A stretch of 64,000 bases of DNA from Rozella allomycis CSF55 (lineage: Eukaryota), in assembly GCA_000442015.1 (NCBI GenBank), contig KE561209.1, forward strand, positions 248,001 to 312,000, given 5' to 3'. Positions within the stretch are counted from its first letter, which is position 1. Every line of letters starts with the position of its first letter. This document shows positions 24,583-37,815 of the stretch, in pieces. The position numbers were made by a program, and so were the translations under genes. The notes beneath the pieces are model-generated. The model had not been told where the DNA came from and searched no databases. It saw nothing but the letters and a program-made list of their open reading frames with translations.

Positions 24583-27500
24583 ATGTCTTTCTTTTTCCGG
24601 CGAAAGAACAAAGTCAAAGACATTAGTCCACCAGTTGCTTTGGAGACCACCAAAAGCAATTCCTTTATGGGTCATAAATTTTCCAAGGCCTCTAAACAAA
24701 AGCTTAAAGTTGCCTCAACAAATTCCTTGAATAGTTTTGGCACAGGGTCAAAGTTTCAAGCGTCTCCAGTGGAGCCTATGCCTCCCATTGAAGAACTAGA
24801 ATCAGAATTTGGCCAGTTTCTGGTATAATTTTGTATTATTTGATATGAATAGAAGGAACTGGCTTTACCACAAGAAAAATTTGAGGCAATGAGTCAATTT
24901 GACGTGAATAAAAAGTGGATGATTGTTCAACAAGAAAGAGCAAAGAAGAAGATGCAGGTATTGAATTTTAGCGATGCATTATAAAGACTGCAAATGTTAA
25001 GAGTGATATTAGAACACCTGGTCAATTTGTAGATTTATTAAAGTCGTATAGCTTTACTACCGATTTCGCCAAAGATCTTCAAACTTTAGAAGTATTAATG
25101 AGAACTGAAGCTATCAGTTGGGTAAAAGAATTTATAAGCAAAGGCGGTGTCCTTGAATTGTTAAAAGTGGCGGAGGAATTGTGTTCATTGAACTAGTAAG
25201 CAACAATAGAAATTTTAATAGCTATGATATGGTTCAAAGGGAATGTCAGCATCAAATGATTAGAATTCTAAAGGCGTTGATGAATAATTCCAATGGATTG
25301 AATGTAATGATGACAACTAAAAGGGCAGTCAATATTTTATGCCTTTGTCTGGATTGCGATAATTTAAAGATAAAAGCGATTGTTTTACAATTGCTGGCTG
25401 CAGTTTGCTTTGTTCCAAATGGACATGTTAAGGTTCTAGAAGGAATGCATGAATTCAGCCTTATAAAAAAGGAGAAGACAAGATTTATGAATATAGTTAC
25501 CGATATGTGGAGAGATGATATTGAATATCAAGTATGATTTGTGGAAACAAAAGATAGATTGCATGTATGATTTTCATTAATGCGATTGTTAATATCGTTG
25601 AAGATGCCACATTTAGATTAAATTTGAGGCAAGAATTTATATCTTTGGGTTTGAATGATCATTTGGAACGACTTGGAAAACTTAAGGATGAATCGCTTGT
25701 TACACAATTGACGTATTTCATGGATGAAGATATCGAAGACAAAAAAGTCATAGGATTAGAATACAATATTAATGAATTAGACATTTCGACGATTGATAAA
25801 GTTATTAATCTTATTGAAACAAATTTCAAAGAGCCATACCAATTATCACTTGTTCATCAAATATTAATTCAAATATTACTTTTACCTTTTGAAAATAATG
25901 ATAGAACATTTTATTTGACGATAGGTCTTTCATTTTTGAAAGATCTGGTTTATCAAAGCCAGGGTAAAGAAAGCAATGGGGTTCCTTCTTTTCACTTTGA
26001 TACCAATGCGTTGTTGACAGAAATAAAATTAATTGAAAAAAATAAAACTGAACAGGCTCAAGCGAAGAAAGAAAAGAAACAGTTACCCAAAACCCCGTGT
26101 AAAATACAAGTTAAGGGGAGGTTTATTGAAATTCCAAGTGAATTGAATAGTGAAGAAACATTAAATTTCATCAAGCCGTTGGTGGAAAAGATTCTTTCAG
26201 AAGAAGATGCAAAGAATAGTAATAAATCACCACCACAGATTGAAACATCTAGTAAAGATGATCGTCTTTTCACATTCTAGTCACTTTGGACATTCCATTA
26301 CCACCTTTAAACACTCCTTCAATACCACAAGGTAAGTATTTATGATTGTAAAAATATTAGTGCCATCTATTAGCGATTGTAATTAACTGTTGTATTTATA
26401 AGTGTAGCGAATACAAATGTAGCCAGCGAATTAAAGACGATACCTCCTCCACCAGAACCACCAATGTCATCTTCTATACCCCCACCGCCATTAATGCCAT
26501 TGACTCCAGGAGTATCCGTTGTTCCACCAAATGACTCATCAATACCACCGCCTCCCCCACCACCAATGGCCCCAGGAATGCCCCCACCGCCACCTCCAAT
26601 GATGCCAGGAATACCACCACCTCCAATGACTCCAGGAATGCCACCACCTCCAGGAATGCCTTCAATCGGAGTTGCCAGTAACAAAAAATAGTAGTTTTTA
26701 AAAAGAAATGGGATTACCAAATAAAAAGAAAGTTGTGCCTTCCATCAAGATGAAACCCTTGCAATGGAATAAGGTTCCCAATTCCAACGTAGAAAAGACT
26801 ATTTGGAAGTCAATGGATGCGGAAGAGAAGATTAGAAAAATGATTGACTTGAAAGAATTTGAATTATCTTTTGGTGCAACTGTGACATCTCCAGTCTCTC
26901 CTGTTGGTAATGCTGGTAAAGTAGACGAGGTGGAGAAGAAAAAGAGTGTTAGCGTTCTTGAGCCTAAAAGAGCATATAATCTATGTAAAGAATATTTTGA
27001 AATAAAATTAGCGATAATGTTGTCAAGAATAAAGATGACATTCCCTGAAGTTAAGGAAGCCATTTTAAGGGTGGATGAAGAAAAGATTACAGAGCAAATG
27101 ATTAAACAATTTTTGAATTTTATTCCAACACAAGAAGAAACTGGCTTGTTAATGGAATATGAAAATTCATCAGAGCAATTAGAAAAGGCTGATCAATTCT
27201 TTATTCAAGTATTTAATAGATTTAGATTAAATAAAAGATGATAAAAATACCACGCTATGAGCAAAGATTGAATTGCATTTTGTACAAATTTAGATTTCAA
27301 GAAAGATATAAAGAATTGAAGCCAGATCTTGACGCTGTTATTAATGCATCGAATGAAGTGATGAAAAGCAAAATGTTTTCTCAAATTTTGGAGATAATTT
27401 TAACTCTTGGGAATTACATGAATGGAGATTCATTTAGAGGAGGAGCTTATGGGTTTTCTATTGACACTTTAAATAAACTGAATGACACGCGTTCATCAAA

Positions 27501-28270
27501 TGGAAAAGGAACATTTTTGCATTACCTTGTCAATCTATTAGAAACAAAGTTTTCAAACACTTTAGACTTTCCAAAAGAACTTTCAAACGTTGAAGCGGCA
27601 TGTAGAGGTAATGAATGATTGAATTTAAAACAAGTTTCAATTTCTTCTGTAATGCAAGAAGTTTCAGAAATGGTCAAGGGGATGAAGCAAATTGAATCTG
27701 AAATTGAAACATTAAATGAATCTTCAAGTGAAGAAGATTGTTTTCATAAAGTTTTCAAAGTAGAAAAATAAATTTTCATTCATTTAGAATTTTCATCAAA
27801 GCAACGAAAATAAAATTAAAGAATTGGAAAATCTAAAACAAGAAATGGAAAATTCATTTCAAAAATGCGTCGAATATTTCAATGAAGATCCAAAATCTTC
27901 AACCCCCGAAACCTTCTTTCCATTTTTCTGGAATTTCATTCAAAACGTAGATGTAAACTTTAATTATTTTGTTTAACGTTAGAAAACTAGAAAAGAATTG
28001 GCATTAAATGCAAAGAAAGTTGAATTAAAGAAATCTCGTTCTAAATTAAGTGTCAATGGAAATTCAAACACAAATCTAAATGCGTCAATGGAAGAAGACA
28101 GAAGAGGCGTTATGGATGAATTAATATCCTCACTAAGAACCGGTGACGCCTTCAAAGCTAAATCTAAAAGAAGAAGAACCGTCAATTCTAAAGATAATCC
28201 AAATGCTTCAAGCACAGATATGTTGGCTCTAAATGCTACCGAACTATTGGCTACAATACAAAACGATTAA
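24583..28270 (+). CDS. Diaphanous-related formin (GBD/FH3-FH1-FH2-DAD)
   Basis: LKALMNN, poly-Pro FH1, KMKPLQWNKV, LGNYMNG..GFSI, DAD GVMDELISSLRTGDAF; about 13 tiny introns. Confidence 0.95.
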
Positions 28271-28342
28271 TAAACTATCATTCATATCTAACATCTTTTC
28301 CTTCTTTGTTTAACACACGCGGTTTTGTAAACAATAACAAAT

Positions 28343-30935
28343 ATGAGAACAACAATATTATATTTATTAACGTTAAGCTACGGCTTCGCTGTGAACATTA
28401 TTGGCAATCTTAAAATTAACACAAAAATTAACAGTGTGCCTAGAGATGCTACCGAGATTGTTCTCGGTGGTCTCTTTCCAATGACCAGGAACTCAACAAA
28501 CGCTCCTTGGATCAAAGGTATACATAGATTAGAAGCTTTCCGTTGCGCTATAGACAGAATCAACAAAGATAACTCCATTCTACCAAACACCACCTTAATG
28601 TACAACATTCAAGATACCGCAGACAACCCTGTTTCTGCTCTTTACTCTGGACTGCAACTCTGGGAACAAGGCTTAATCTCTGTCATAGGTAATCAATTAT
28701 TTTTCATCAAATAGGTCCTTCCTCTTCAGTAGAAACAGACGCTGTAGCCAAACTTTACTCCAGTTTCAAAATTCCATTGATTTCATACGCTTCAAGTGCA
28801 ACATCCTTGTCCGATGCAAACCAATATCCAACCTTGTTACGCACAGTATCTTCGGATTCTGTTCAAGCAAAAGTTCTAGTTCAAATTGCCCAAAAATTGA
28901 AATGGACACTACTGGCAGCAGTCTTTTCAGACGATATTTACGGGACATCAGGTTATGACGCCATCAAAAAAGCTGCAGATGCAAAAGATATCAAACTAGG
29001 ATGTATCATGTCTGTAAAGGCAGATGGTAGCAGTTCTACAGAGCCAGTAAAATCCTGCATTCTAGAGAGCAAGGCCAAAGTTGTTTTACTCTTCAGTAAA
29101 AGCTTCCATACTTTATAATAGTGAATGAAATAAGTGCCGGAACTATTATCACGTCAATGTCAAGGCGCCCCGAGTTTCAAGATATCACCTTTATAGCAAG
29201 TGACGCATGGGCCGGTTTTGTTTCAGTAGACTCATTCGTAAAGGGAAAATACAGCGTTGATTTTCTCTCGGGTTCTCTAGGAGTTGTTCCCTCTGCTGGT
29301 AACATTGACTTTTTCAGAAATTGTTTTCCCAAGCTGACTCCCCAAAATACCAACTACTCTGCATTTGGGGGACTATGGGAAAATACTTTTAATTGCGTTC
29401 TACAGTCTGATCAAGATCCACCTTTGCCAAAATGCGATCCCAACCTAGATAATAGACAAAAGGGAACGAAAAATTGCATTTGCACAAGAAATGAACAATT
29501 CAATGACCCGCCAGATCCGAAAGTCGCTTATGTGTTTGACGCTGTTTATGGAGTCGCTAATGCCCTTCATTACATTCAGTACCAATGTGACGTCTTGAGA
29601 TCAGCAAATTTTTGCTCGTTAAAGTCAATCACCGGACAAAATTTATTAATGGCTCTTAGAGAGCTTCAGTATTTTGGAAACACAGGAGATATCCAATTTG
29701 ACGGAGTAAATCGAAAAGGTACTAAAGTTATGCAAAAGTCATCAAAGGAAGCTCATACGACATTGTGCAAATTGACATTAACGGTAAATGGCGTGTGGTG
29801 GGTAACTTTGCTGGTGAGAAAGTCTTGATGCAACAAAGTGATCTTATATGGAAAACTGATTCAATTCCTTTGTCTTGTAAAGATTTCTTCATTAATTTTA
29901 TAGATGTCGTTCCAGATAATATCGATTTTAATAATCCCGCTTCAATAGTGATTAATGTGTTTTCATCTCTAGGAATACTAGCGACTGGCTATTTTTCCTA
30001 CTATGTGATCAAGAATCGAAACTCTAAAGTTATTCGAAAAGTTAACTTGCTATTTTGTCAAATGCTATTATTTGGTATCCTACTTGTGTATGTTTCATTG
30101 TTCTTTCAATCCGCTGCTCCAAGTACCATGAATTGCAATGTTAGTGTTTGGCTCCCATTGTTAGGATTCTCCTTCATATGCGGGTAAAATAAAATTTTCC
30201 TCTTAATGAGGCCGATGCTAGGCAAAATGTTCAAGGTGTGGAGAATATTTCATAGCTGCAAGATCAAATCGATTTCTATCACCAATTATGAATTGATAAA
30301 GTTTAGCAGTTCCATAATCCTTTTCGAGGTTATCGCATTATCAATTTGGACTTTAGTTTTGGGTATGAAACTTTAGGAATTTATATAAAGGTCCATCAAC
30401 GCCCATTGTGGTGGAAAGCACCTCGAATAGTCTTTATACATACACAGTTTGTGCGAAAGGAAACAGTTCTCTTGATTTTTATCTTTCTGTTTCTTTAATT
30501 GCATGCAACGGGCTACTTGTTTTAAGCGGTGTTATTCTTTCTTTCTTGACAAGAAATGTTGACTCTGCATACAATGAAACAAGATACATTGGCTATTGCG
30601 TAAAATAGTAACCTTCAATAGAATAGATGTACGATTTTTTAATTTGCTGCGTAATATTGCTCCCAATGTACTTTACATCGGGTGATCAGGAAGGTTCTGT
30701 TTTCAGACGATATTTGATATTATCCTTGGCGAGACTATTTGGTGCAACCTTTACCCTTCTATGCATGTTCGTCCCCAAGGTTATCCATCACAAGGCCTTT
30801 ATTAGGAATCCGCTTGAACACGAATTGCCAAGATTACCAAAAATGGCGGAATTAAGATTATCGATTGATTATGATGGATGCACGGAAACATACGTTCCAT
30901 CTAAGTTTGCATCACCCTTTGCTATTTTAAAATAA
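28343..30935 (+). CDS. Class C GPCR (metabotropic glutamate receptor-like), Venus flytrap plus 7TM
   Basis: Signal peptide, LGGLFP, KGIHRLEA, IGPSSS, ISYAS..LSD..YP..RTV.SD..QA, IASDAW, DAVY, and 7tm_3 motif YNETRYIG. Confidence 0.93.
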
Positions 30936-30994
30936 ATTAACTTTATTTTCCATCAAAGAGTTTACGAATTTTACAATTATTGTAGCGAGCAATA

Positions 30995-33473
30995 ATGATT
31001 GTAGATACGATAGAGGAAGATACTAATGTCTTTAAATTTGAAAAAAGCCTCACGAACAAGTTGAAGTATGACATAGACTCGTATTCTGGCTATACACCAA
31101 ACTTTAATCCAAGAAACGTAATGTTTGATAAGCCTCTTGACCAATCGTCAAGATGGGCGACAAATTCTTCTAGCCAATCCCATTTTATAACATTAAAGTT
31201 AGAAAAAATGGCTCTTGTTCGTAATTAAGTTTTGTTTGCATAATTTAAGAGACAATTTGTTTTGGAAAGTTCCATAAATGTAATCTATAAAAACTATTTA
31301 AAAAAGCCCATGTCTGTAATATGAAAGAGTTTAAAGTATTTGGTGGGATGTCACTTAATGGAATGCATGAAATTCTATTTGGCGGTCTTCATAATGATTC
31401 TGAGGCAGAGACATTTCCATTGAAGTGTGTGAGAAAAGGGACCATGTTTCCATGCAAATATATTAAAATAGTACCGCTGGCATCACATGGTGGCAATTTC
31501 AACACCAGCATTTGGTATATTGAGCTCAGAGGGATTACGAGGGGCGACATTGTTGAAACTGTGAAGTTTAATTTTAATAAAGTAACAAAATATGTAAAAG
31601 ATGAATGCAGTTTAAAGAGCTTCAAGCGATGAAGTTGACCTTGAAACATTTGAGGCAAAAGAATTTCGTGCACGACTTTCATAGCTTGCTGGAGAGTACA
31701 AAGATCCAATTGGAAGATCCAATCATTTCTCGTTTATACAGTTTTATAGTAAAGTCAATTTTTTACTAATTATTTTGGTGTCAGAGGGTAACTTTAATCG
31801 AGCGGAAAATATGGTTATGAATCTTAAAGATGATGTATTTTTGGATTACGTTTCAAACACTCCTTACAAGCCATTTTGGCGTAGATTAGATATTGACCAT
31901 CATCCTGATAAGCGCCCAGGCGTAAGAGGGGGGCATCAAATGTGCATTGATCCACAACGTCAACTGATTTATTTGCTTGGTGGATGGGATGGTGCTAAAG
32001 ATCTTTCAGATTTTTGGTGTTATAGTATTCGAATGAATAGATGGAGTTGTATTTCAATGGATACCAGGGTGTAAATTTGTAAAATTTCATAAACAAGGGA
32101 TGGCGGGCCAAGTCCCCGAAGTTGTCATAAAATTTGTTTTGATCCAAAGAACCAATGTATATTTGTGTTGGGAAGGTACATTGATCCAGATATTAGGCCA
32201 ACTTCAAATTTGGAGTCCGATTTCTTTAAATATGACATCAATACTAGGAAGTGGCACTGCATCACTCCAGACACCAAAGTAAGCACATGGTTTAAACTTT
32301 ATGTAGAAAAATAATGGACCCATGTTAATTTATGACCATCAAGTTTGCATTGATTCTGAAAAACAAAAACTTTATGTTTTTGGCGGCAGAACAGTAAGAA
32401 TAAAAGTGATTATGAACCAAAGATTACCCCTACTAGCGCTGAAATGTCATATTCTGGTTTATACATTTATGACATTGCTCAAAACGACTGGCATCTAGTT
32501 AGAGCCGATAACATTCAGCCGAGACACTCAGTGCAACTAAAATCCAGAATTGGTCATTCAATGTTGTATCATTCGTCAACTGAAAAAATCTACATTTTTG
32601 CAGGACAAAGAAACAAGGATTACTTGGGGTAATTATTTCTTAAATATTTAATAGTGATTTCTATGTTTATGATATTGCTACTGATCAAATTGTTGATATG
32701 ACTTTTGACTCGAGTAAAATTGGCGGGCCCGACGGTAATTGAAATTTGGAAATTTCATATAGCTGGTTTTACACAAAGGGCTGTCATAGACGAAGAATTG
32801 AATGAAATATTTGTTCTTTCTGGATTGATGAGAGAAAAACAAACTAACACTGAAACATTTAAGAATAGGTAATCAATTTCATTTAATGGTAGTTAGTTTT
32901 TGGGTTTACTCTATTAAGAATGATAAATGGTCTAAAATTTATTGTAATGAGAACATGGATCCATCGTATTGGCTTACAATGCAGCTTCAAGAGCCTTGCC
33001 CGCGTTACGCCCATCAATTAGTTTACGATCCAACAACAAAGGTAACAATGTGCTTTATGGTAAATTAGATGCATTATCTTTTTGGTGGAAACCCTGGATT
33101 AGTTTCAGATTCAAAACAACGTCTGGACGATTTCTGGGAATTGTCTTTAAAGAGACCTTCAGTAGAAGAAATAAAATCCAAAATTCAATTTTTATTAAGA
33201 AAACAAAATTTTATAGAAATGGCTACGATAAACCCAGAAAACGCACTGATTTATCTTCAAAAGTCGCTACATGAAATCGTAAAGGAAGAAGAAGCGTTAG
33301 AATTTAAAAAATTGCCATTGCTTTTGTTTCAAAAAGGTATGCGAAATAGTTTCCACTAAATAGATTCTCTATTATCTATTCGCGATCAAAGAGTTGCATT
33401 GATGGAGAGTTTGTTGCAATTTTTTCCAAACCAAATGAAAGAGCCTTCCCAAAGTATTCTTGATTTTGTCTAA
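30995..33473 (+). CDS. MKLN1: Muskelin (discoidin-LisH-CTLH-kelch)
   Basis: PLDQSSRW, FGKFHKSHVCNMKEFKVFGG, RGGHQMCID, GPSPRSCHK, KSRIGHSM, EPCPRYAHQLVYD. Confidence 0.95.
31749..31777 (+). other. Putative non-canonical GT-TG intron, 29 nt
   Basis: gtaaagtcaattttttactaattattttg; removal gives LYSFI|VSEGNF. A 38-nt GT-AG alternative exists. Confidence 0.5.
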
Positions 33474-33555
33474 TAAAATTTTTAATCTTTCATTTAATAT
33501 TTAAACTTGATTTAATCCATTGAAAATTAACAACTTTGTGGCGTTTGTCCAAAAA

Positions 33556-34215
33556 ATGATAGAATTCATAGTTGAGCATATGGAGGAAGAAATGTTTGAC
33601 TGGAGTATCGCAGGTAACATTAATTATACCTTTAAAATCGAATACAACGACGTCCACGAAAATCTACCATCAAACATGTCACTTTTGGTAACTTGTGTTC
33701 CCGATCAAGATCAACAAAAGATCGCCAATATAAAATCCTCCAACCTTCAAGTTGTTGACTATTTAGCACAAAATAATATTCCTATTGACCAAGTATGCCT
33801 CCTCGACAGTGAGGCTACTACTGTTCTTTCACCAGAAGATGCATCCAAATTCTCCTACTTTCTCTTTGGCGGAATTCTCGGCGATGGTATATATTTTGTA
33901 TTTGTAAAACTAGTTGATGAAATGGATTTTGACAAGACTAGTGAACTTCGCCAGTTCAAATTTCCATCCCGCCATCTGGGCAAGAAGCAAATGCCATTGA
34001 ACACTGCTGTTTTGGTGTCTGCTGATATTTTAAAAGGAAAACAATTTGATGAATTAAAGTTTGTGGATGATCCGGAATGGCCTACAGGGAAAAAAGAAAG
34101 TTTAATAATGCCGTTTCGATATCAAGCGGATGAGCAAGGGAAGCCAATAATACCCGAGAAAGTCTTGAAGATATTATTAGAGTCATCCTGTGATTTAGAT
34201 AAACTATTACAATAA
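33556..34215 (+). CDS. SFM1: SPOUT-family protein arginine methyltransferase Sfm1 (DUF431)
   Basis: FIVEHMEE..W...EY, VCLLD.EA...LSPED...FSYFLFGGILGD, RHLGKKQM, MPFRY. Confidence 0.9.
   Translation: MIEFIVEHMEEEMFDWSIAGNINYTFKIEYNDVHENLPSNMSLLVTCVPDQDQQKIANIKSSNLQVVDYLAQNNIPIDQVCLLDSEATTVLSPEDASKFSYFLFGGILGDGIYFVFVKLVDEMDFDKTSELRQFKFPSRHLGKKQMPLNTAVLVSADILKGKQFDELKFVDDPEWPTGKKESLIMPFRYQADEQGKPIIPEKVLKILLESSCDLDKLLQ
33614..33640 (+). other. Putative GT-CG intron, 27 nt, in frame and stop-free
   Basis: gtaacattaattatacctttaaaatcg; removal restores WSIAEY. Confidence 0.65.
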
Positions 34216-34287
34216 ACATTTTACATATAACAAGTATATAGATGTAGAAATAATTAAGAATATGAATTGAGGTTAAATTTTATTGCA

Positions 34288-37200
34288 CTATTTTTGTAGT
34301 GGTGGTTTTGAAAGGATATAAGCAGGTGGCAACAATGTAGCGATTTCTTGCCGTTCATTTTCATTCTCTTCGTTTTCTTCATTAAGATTAGAACCTGATT
34401 TTGATAAACGGATGTTTGGAAGTTGGAGTAATCCAGCCACCAATGGAACAAGAACCCATTTAATTTTAATAAAAGATTGAGGAATTAAATTGAATTTGTA
34501 ACTTTTGCAGCCAGAAAAGACAAATTGTTCAGAAAACTTTGATTGGTCGATGGATATAGACAATGATTCTGTCTTGTTTGAATTGTTGATTATTATTTTT
34601 TCATATATGAATGGATCGTAACAATTGGCACATGATGGGTAATTTGAGATTTGATCGATTGAAGGTCTATTGACCAGGGTTGATGGAAGGGAATAATTGA
34701 AAACTCCCCTTGTTTGAAGATGCGGTCTAGAAAATTCGACTGTTAAATTTGCTTCAAGTATTTTAGATGAATTATCATTAGAAACAACATTAAAAGAACA
34801 ATTGTAAAATGATTCTTTCAAAACCAGGGATTCTAATTTAACAGAGTTTTTGAGGCACTTGAAGTCATCGTTAATGTTTAAGCGTAATGAATGAATGATT
34901 AAATCATCACAAAGTTTATTTTGAAGTAAAAGACAAACTTTGATTGATGGTTTCATTTTCATCAATAAATCTTCACTCAATAAATCAACTCTATTTTCAT
35001 CAGCGAAAGACACCTTTAAAGGCAAAGTTAAGAAACTTGGCGAGATTAGAAACGGATGAACAAATTTTACTGAAATCGACAAAGTTTTTCTCCTTTCATT
35101 TTCTTGACAAATGAATAAAATGTTTGTTTCCAAAGTTTCTTCACTTTTGCAAATCATAGTCAATGAAATTGTCTTTTGTTTCTCAACTTGTCCCACTGAA
35201 ATAAAATCAGTTATTGAATCTTCATAATAAAACTCTATTAAATTTGAATTTGCTAAAATATTTAAATTTGGATTGATTGGATGACTTTCATTATTTATTA
35301 AAGTTATTTTCAATGGAATGTTTTCATTCAATGCGTTTATTTCAGAATGTGAAATTTCCAACTGAATTTTCGGAATTGAATGTTTGACTTGAATTAGATT
35401 AGAAATGATTGTCTTTTGGTTTGATTCAGTTCCAGTTAAAGGAAGTGGATATTTAATAACCAAATTCTTCTCCATCTGAAATTCAACAAACGTTGCAATC
35501 AAAGTGCCAGGTGATTTAGGCTCAAACTCAAAATTTATCACTTGTTTAACACTTTTATCTTTTATTTCAATCATTTTAAAAGTTTCATCGCTAAATAAAA
35601 CTTTTAATTCAGAGATTTCAAACCCCAGTCTATTTTCAATAAGAATTTGACAATTTATTTTCTCATGCAGGAAACACTCACTTTGAAGAAAAGAAAAATT
35701 TAATAAGATTGGAACATTTAATGTTTGAACCATTTGTTGATTATTTAACTTTGAAAGAAAACCTTTGAATCGATCCAATATTTGTGAATTTTCAGAAATA
35801 GATAAAAGATGCAAAAATGAAACACTAGCATTTAAATATTGTTCAAGTTTCATATAACAATCAGACAAAACAAAAAGTTGTTCTTCAAGAATTGAATTCC
35901 ATCCCTCCTTTTTGTAATTCTTTATTACCTTTTCCAGAAACCTCAAATAGAACCTCTAAATGATTTACTTGGAGGCTGTTTCGTAATTTTCACATTCATA
36001 ATGCTCTTTAGCTATCAAAGTTGCAATAAATAAATTAATTCTTTTAGAATTGGAAACAAAGAATTCATAAGCCCTGGTCAATAATTCTATTACAGATTTC
36101 CCGCCCTTTTCAATTTCTATTAAATAGAATGTATTTTTATACTCTTAACTTCAGCGATACATCTCCAACTAGAACTACTAACCTTTTCTAAATCAATTTC
36201 AAAATATCTACTTGCTGCATTGTAAATTCATGATATTTGCAATTTATAACATTCAATGCAGCAGACAAGAAAAAAAAGCCAGGGTGTTGGACTTCAATTT
36301 CAGGCCCAAAATTTACTTTTTGTTTAATTGCAAAATCAACAATGTCGGCAAACTCACGATTTCTTTTTTAGTTTTCAGATATATTTTTACAGTTTGAACA
36401 TCCTGGCTTGATAATTATAACAATTTTTGTTTTCGTTAATCCATTTCTTGTGTCTCTTGAAAAGAGTAAAAATGTCTTTGTTTTCTGCAAATATCAGCAG
36501 ATGGCACAACTGGAAAGATTTAGATGATCAAATTTACTTTGAGAATTATCGCATCAGAAAATGCTTTCTCTTCAAAACTCAATTCTTCCTTTGCTCTTTG
36601 TACTTCAATCAGCCCTGTATATGTTGCATAGTATGACCTCTTAGTTCAAGCCCTAAAATTTTACTTTATTGCAGACTCTTTTTCTCTTCTCATTTCATAA
36701 AACACTGCTATTTTGAACTCATAATGTGCAATCCAATCTGGCAAAGACGCTTTGGCTACTTTGGCTTGCTTCTTCCTAAGTCCCTTAATTTCTTCTTTAT
36801 AGTAGGCCTCTGACGCATCCTTCATTGATGTCTCTATCGTAGAAATAAACTCATTAACGTCAACACCCGTCGTAGGCAAAAGAAACAGAGTGCTGCGATT
36901 TTCTAGACCACAGTTCTTTTTAATTATATTCATTCTTTCTTCTACGCTCAACCTTTCCAAATAATAATGCTCGGTTATTAGCACAATTGCCACTTTTATT
37001 CCTCTTGCTTGAAATTGCTTTCTTACTCTACATATTATGAAATTCATACTTTTTCTCGTTGATATCATCAATTATAATCTGATCTTTTTGTTCGCCCATT
37101 TTTCCGGAAAGCAGATCATAGAAACCCAAAACTACACTTGGTATAAGCTTCGTGTGTTTATAAATCCAATTGGGCTTAACAAGGTAATCCTCTTTTACTC

Positions 37201-37471
37201 CTTTTTGCTTTTCACCCTCAAATTGTCTCTTTCGCATAGGAATATCACTCTATCAATTTTTGATATGAATTAAACACACCTCTAAAAGTATTCTTTGATA
37301 ATGTTGATCAATAGTGTTTGTCATATATTGCAGTATTGCCTCATGACATTGTCCAAAGCCTACTTTGGCAAAAAACACCAAAATACCTTTATTTTTTGTA
37401 TTTAAACCATAGTATCCAAGTATATGAGCTCTGGTATTCAGGAAATCTTTACAAGAATCATTAAAGTACAT
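34288..37471 (-). CDS. TRAPPC11: TRAPP complex subunit 11 (Foie gras/Gryzun)
   Basis: WIYKHTKLIPSVV, HYEFKIAVFYE, QHPGFFFLSAA, YKKEGW, FVFSG, LVPLVAGLLQLP. Confidence 0.9.
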
Positions 37472-37655
37472 TTTTGAAAATTGGGGATTTCGGATGAAGT
37501 CAAAAAAATTATGTTATACAATTAGATAAGTATATAAATGTAGACCACTTGTTAATTGCATAAGGTTTTCATATTTCAGNAATATTCCAGTGCTTACCGG
37601 TATTAGTTTTCAAGAATTTGTTTTCTCAGATTCTCGGACTGGAAATGACAAAGTC

Positions 37656-37694
37656 GAATTTTTTATTAATGTCAATGACATTAATAAAAAATTC
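37656..37694. repeat. Perfect 19-bp inverted repeat with 1-nt spacer
   Basis: gaattttttattaatgtca-a-tgacattaataaaaaattc. Confidence 0.9.
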
Positions 37695-37815
37695 CATATT
37701 AGTGTCTGTGGAATAAATATTCCGCAGTTAGAAAATAACTTCATATACTAAACCCCTCAATATGAGAAATTTCCTACACGTGGTTCCTTAAAGCCGAAGA
37801 AAATTGTACCCTGGT

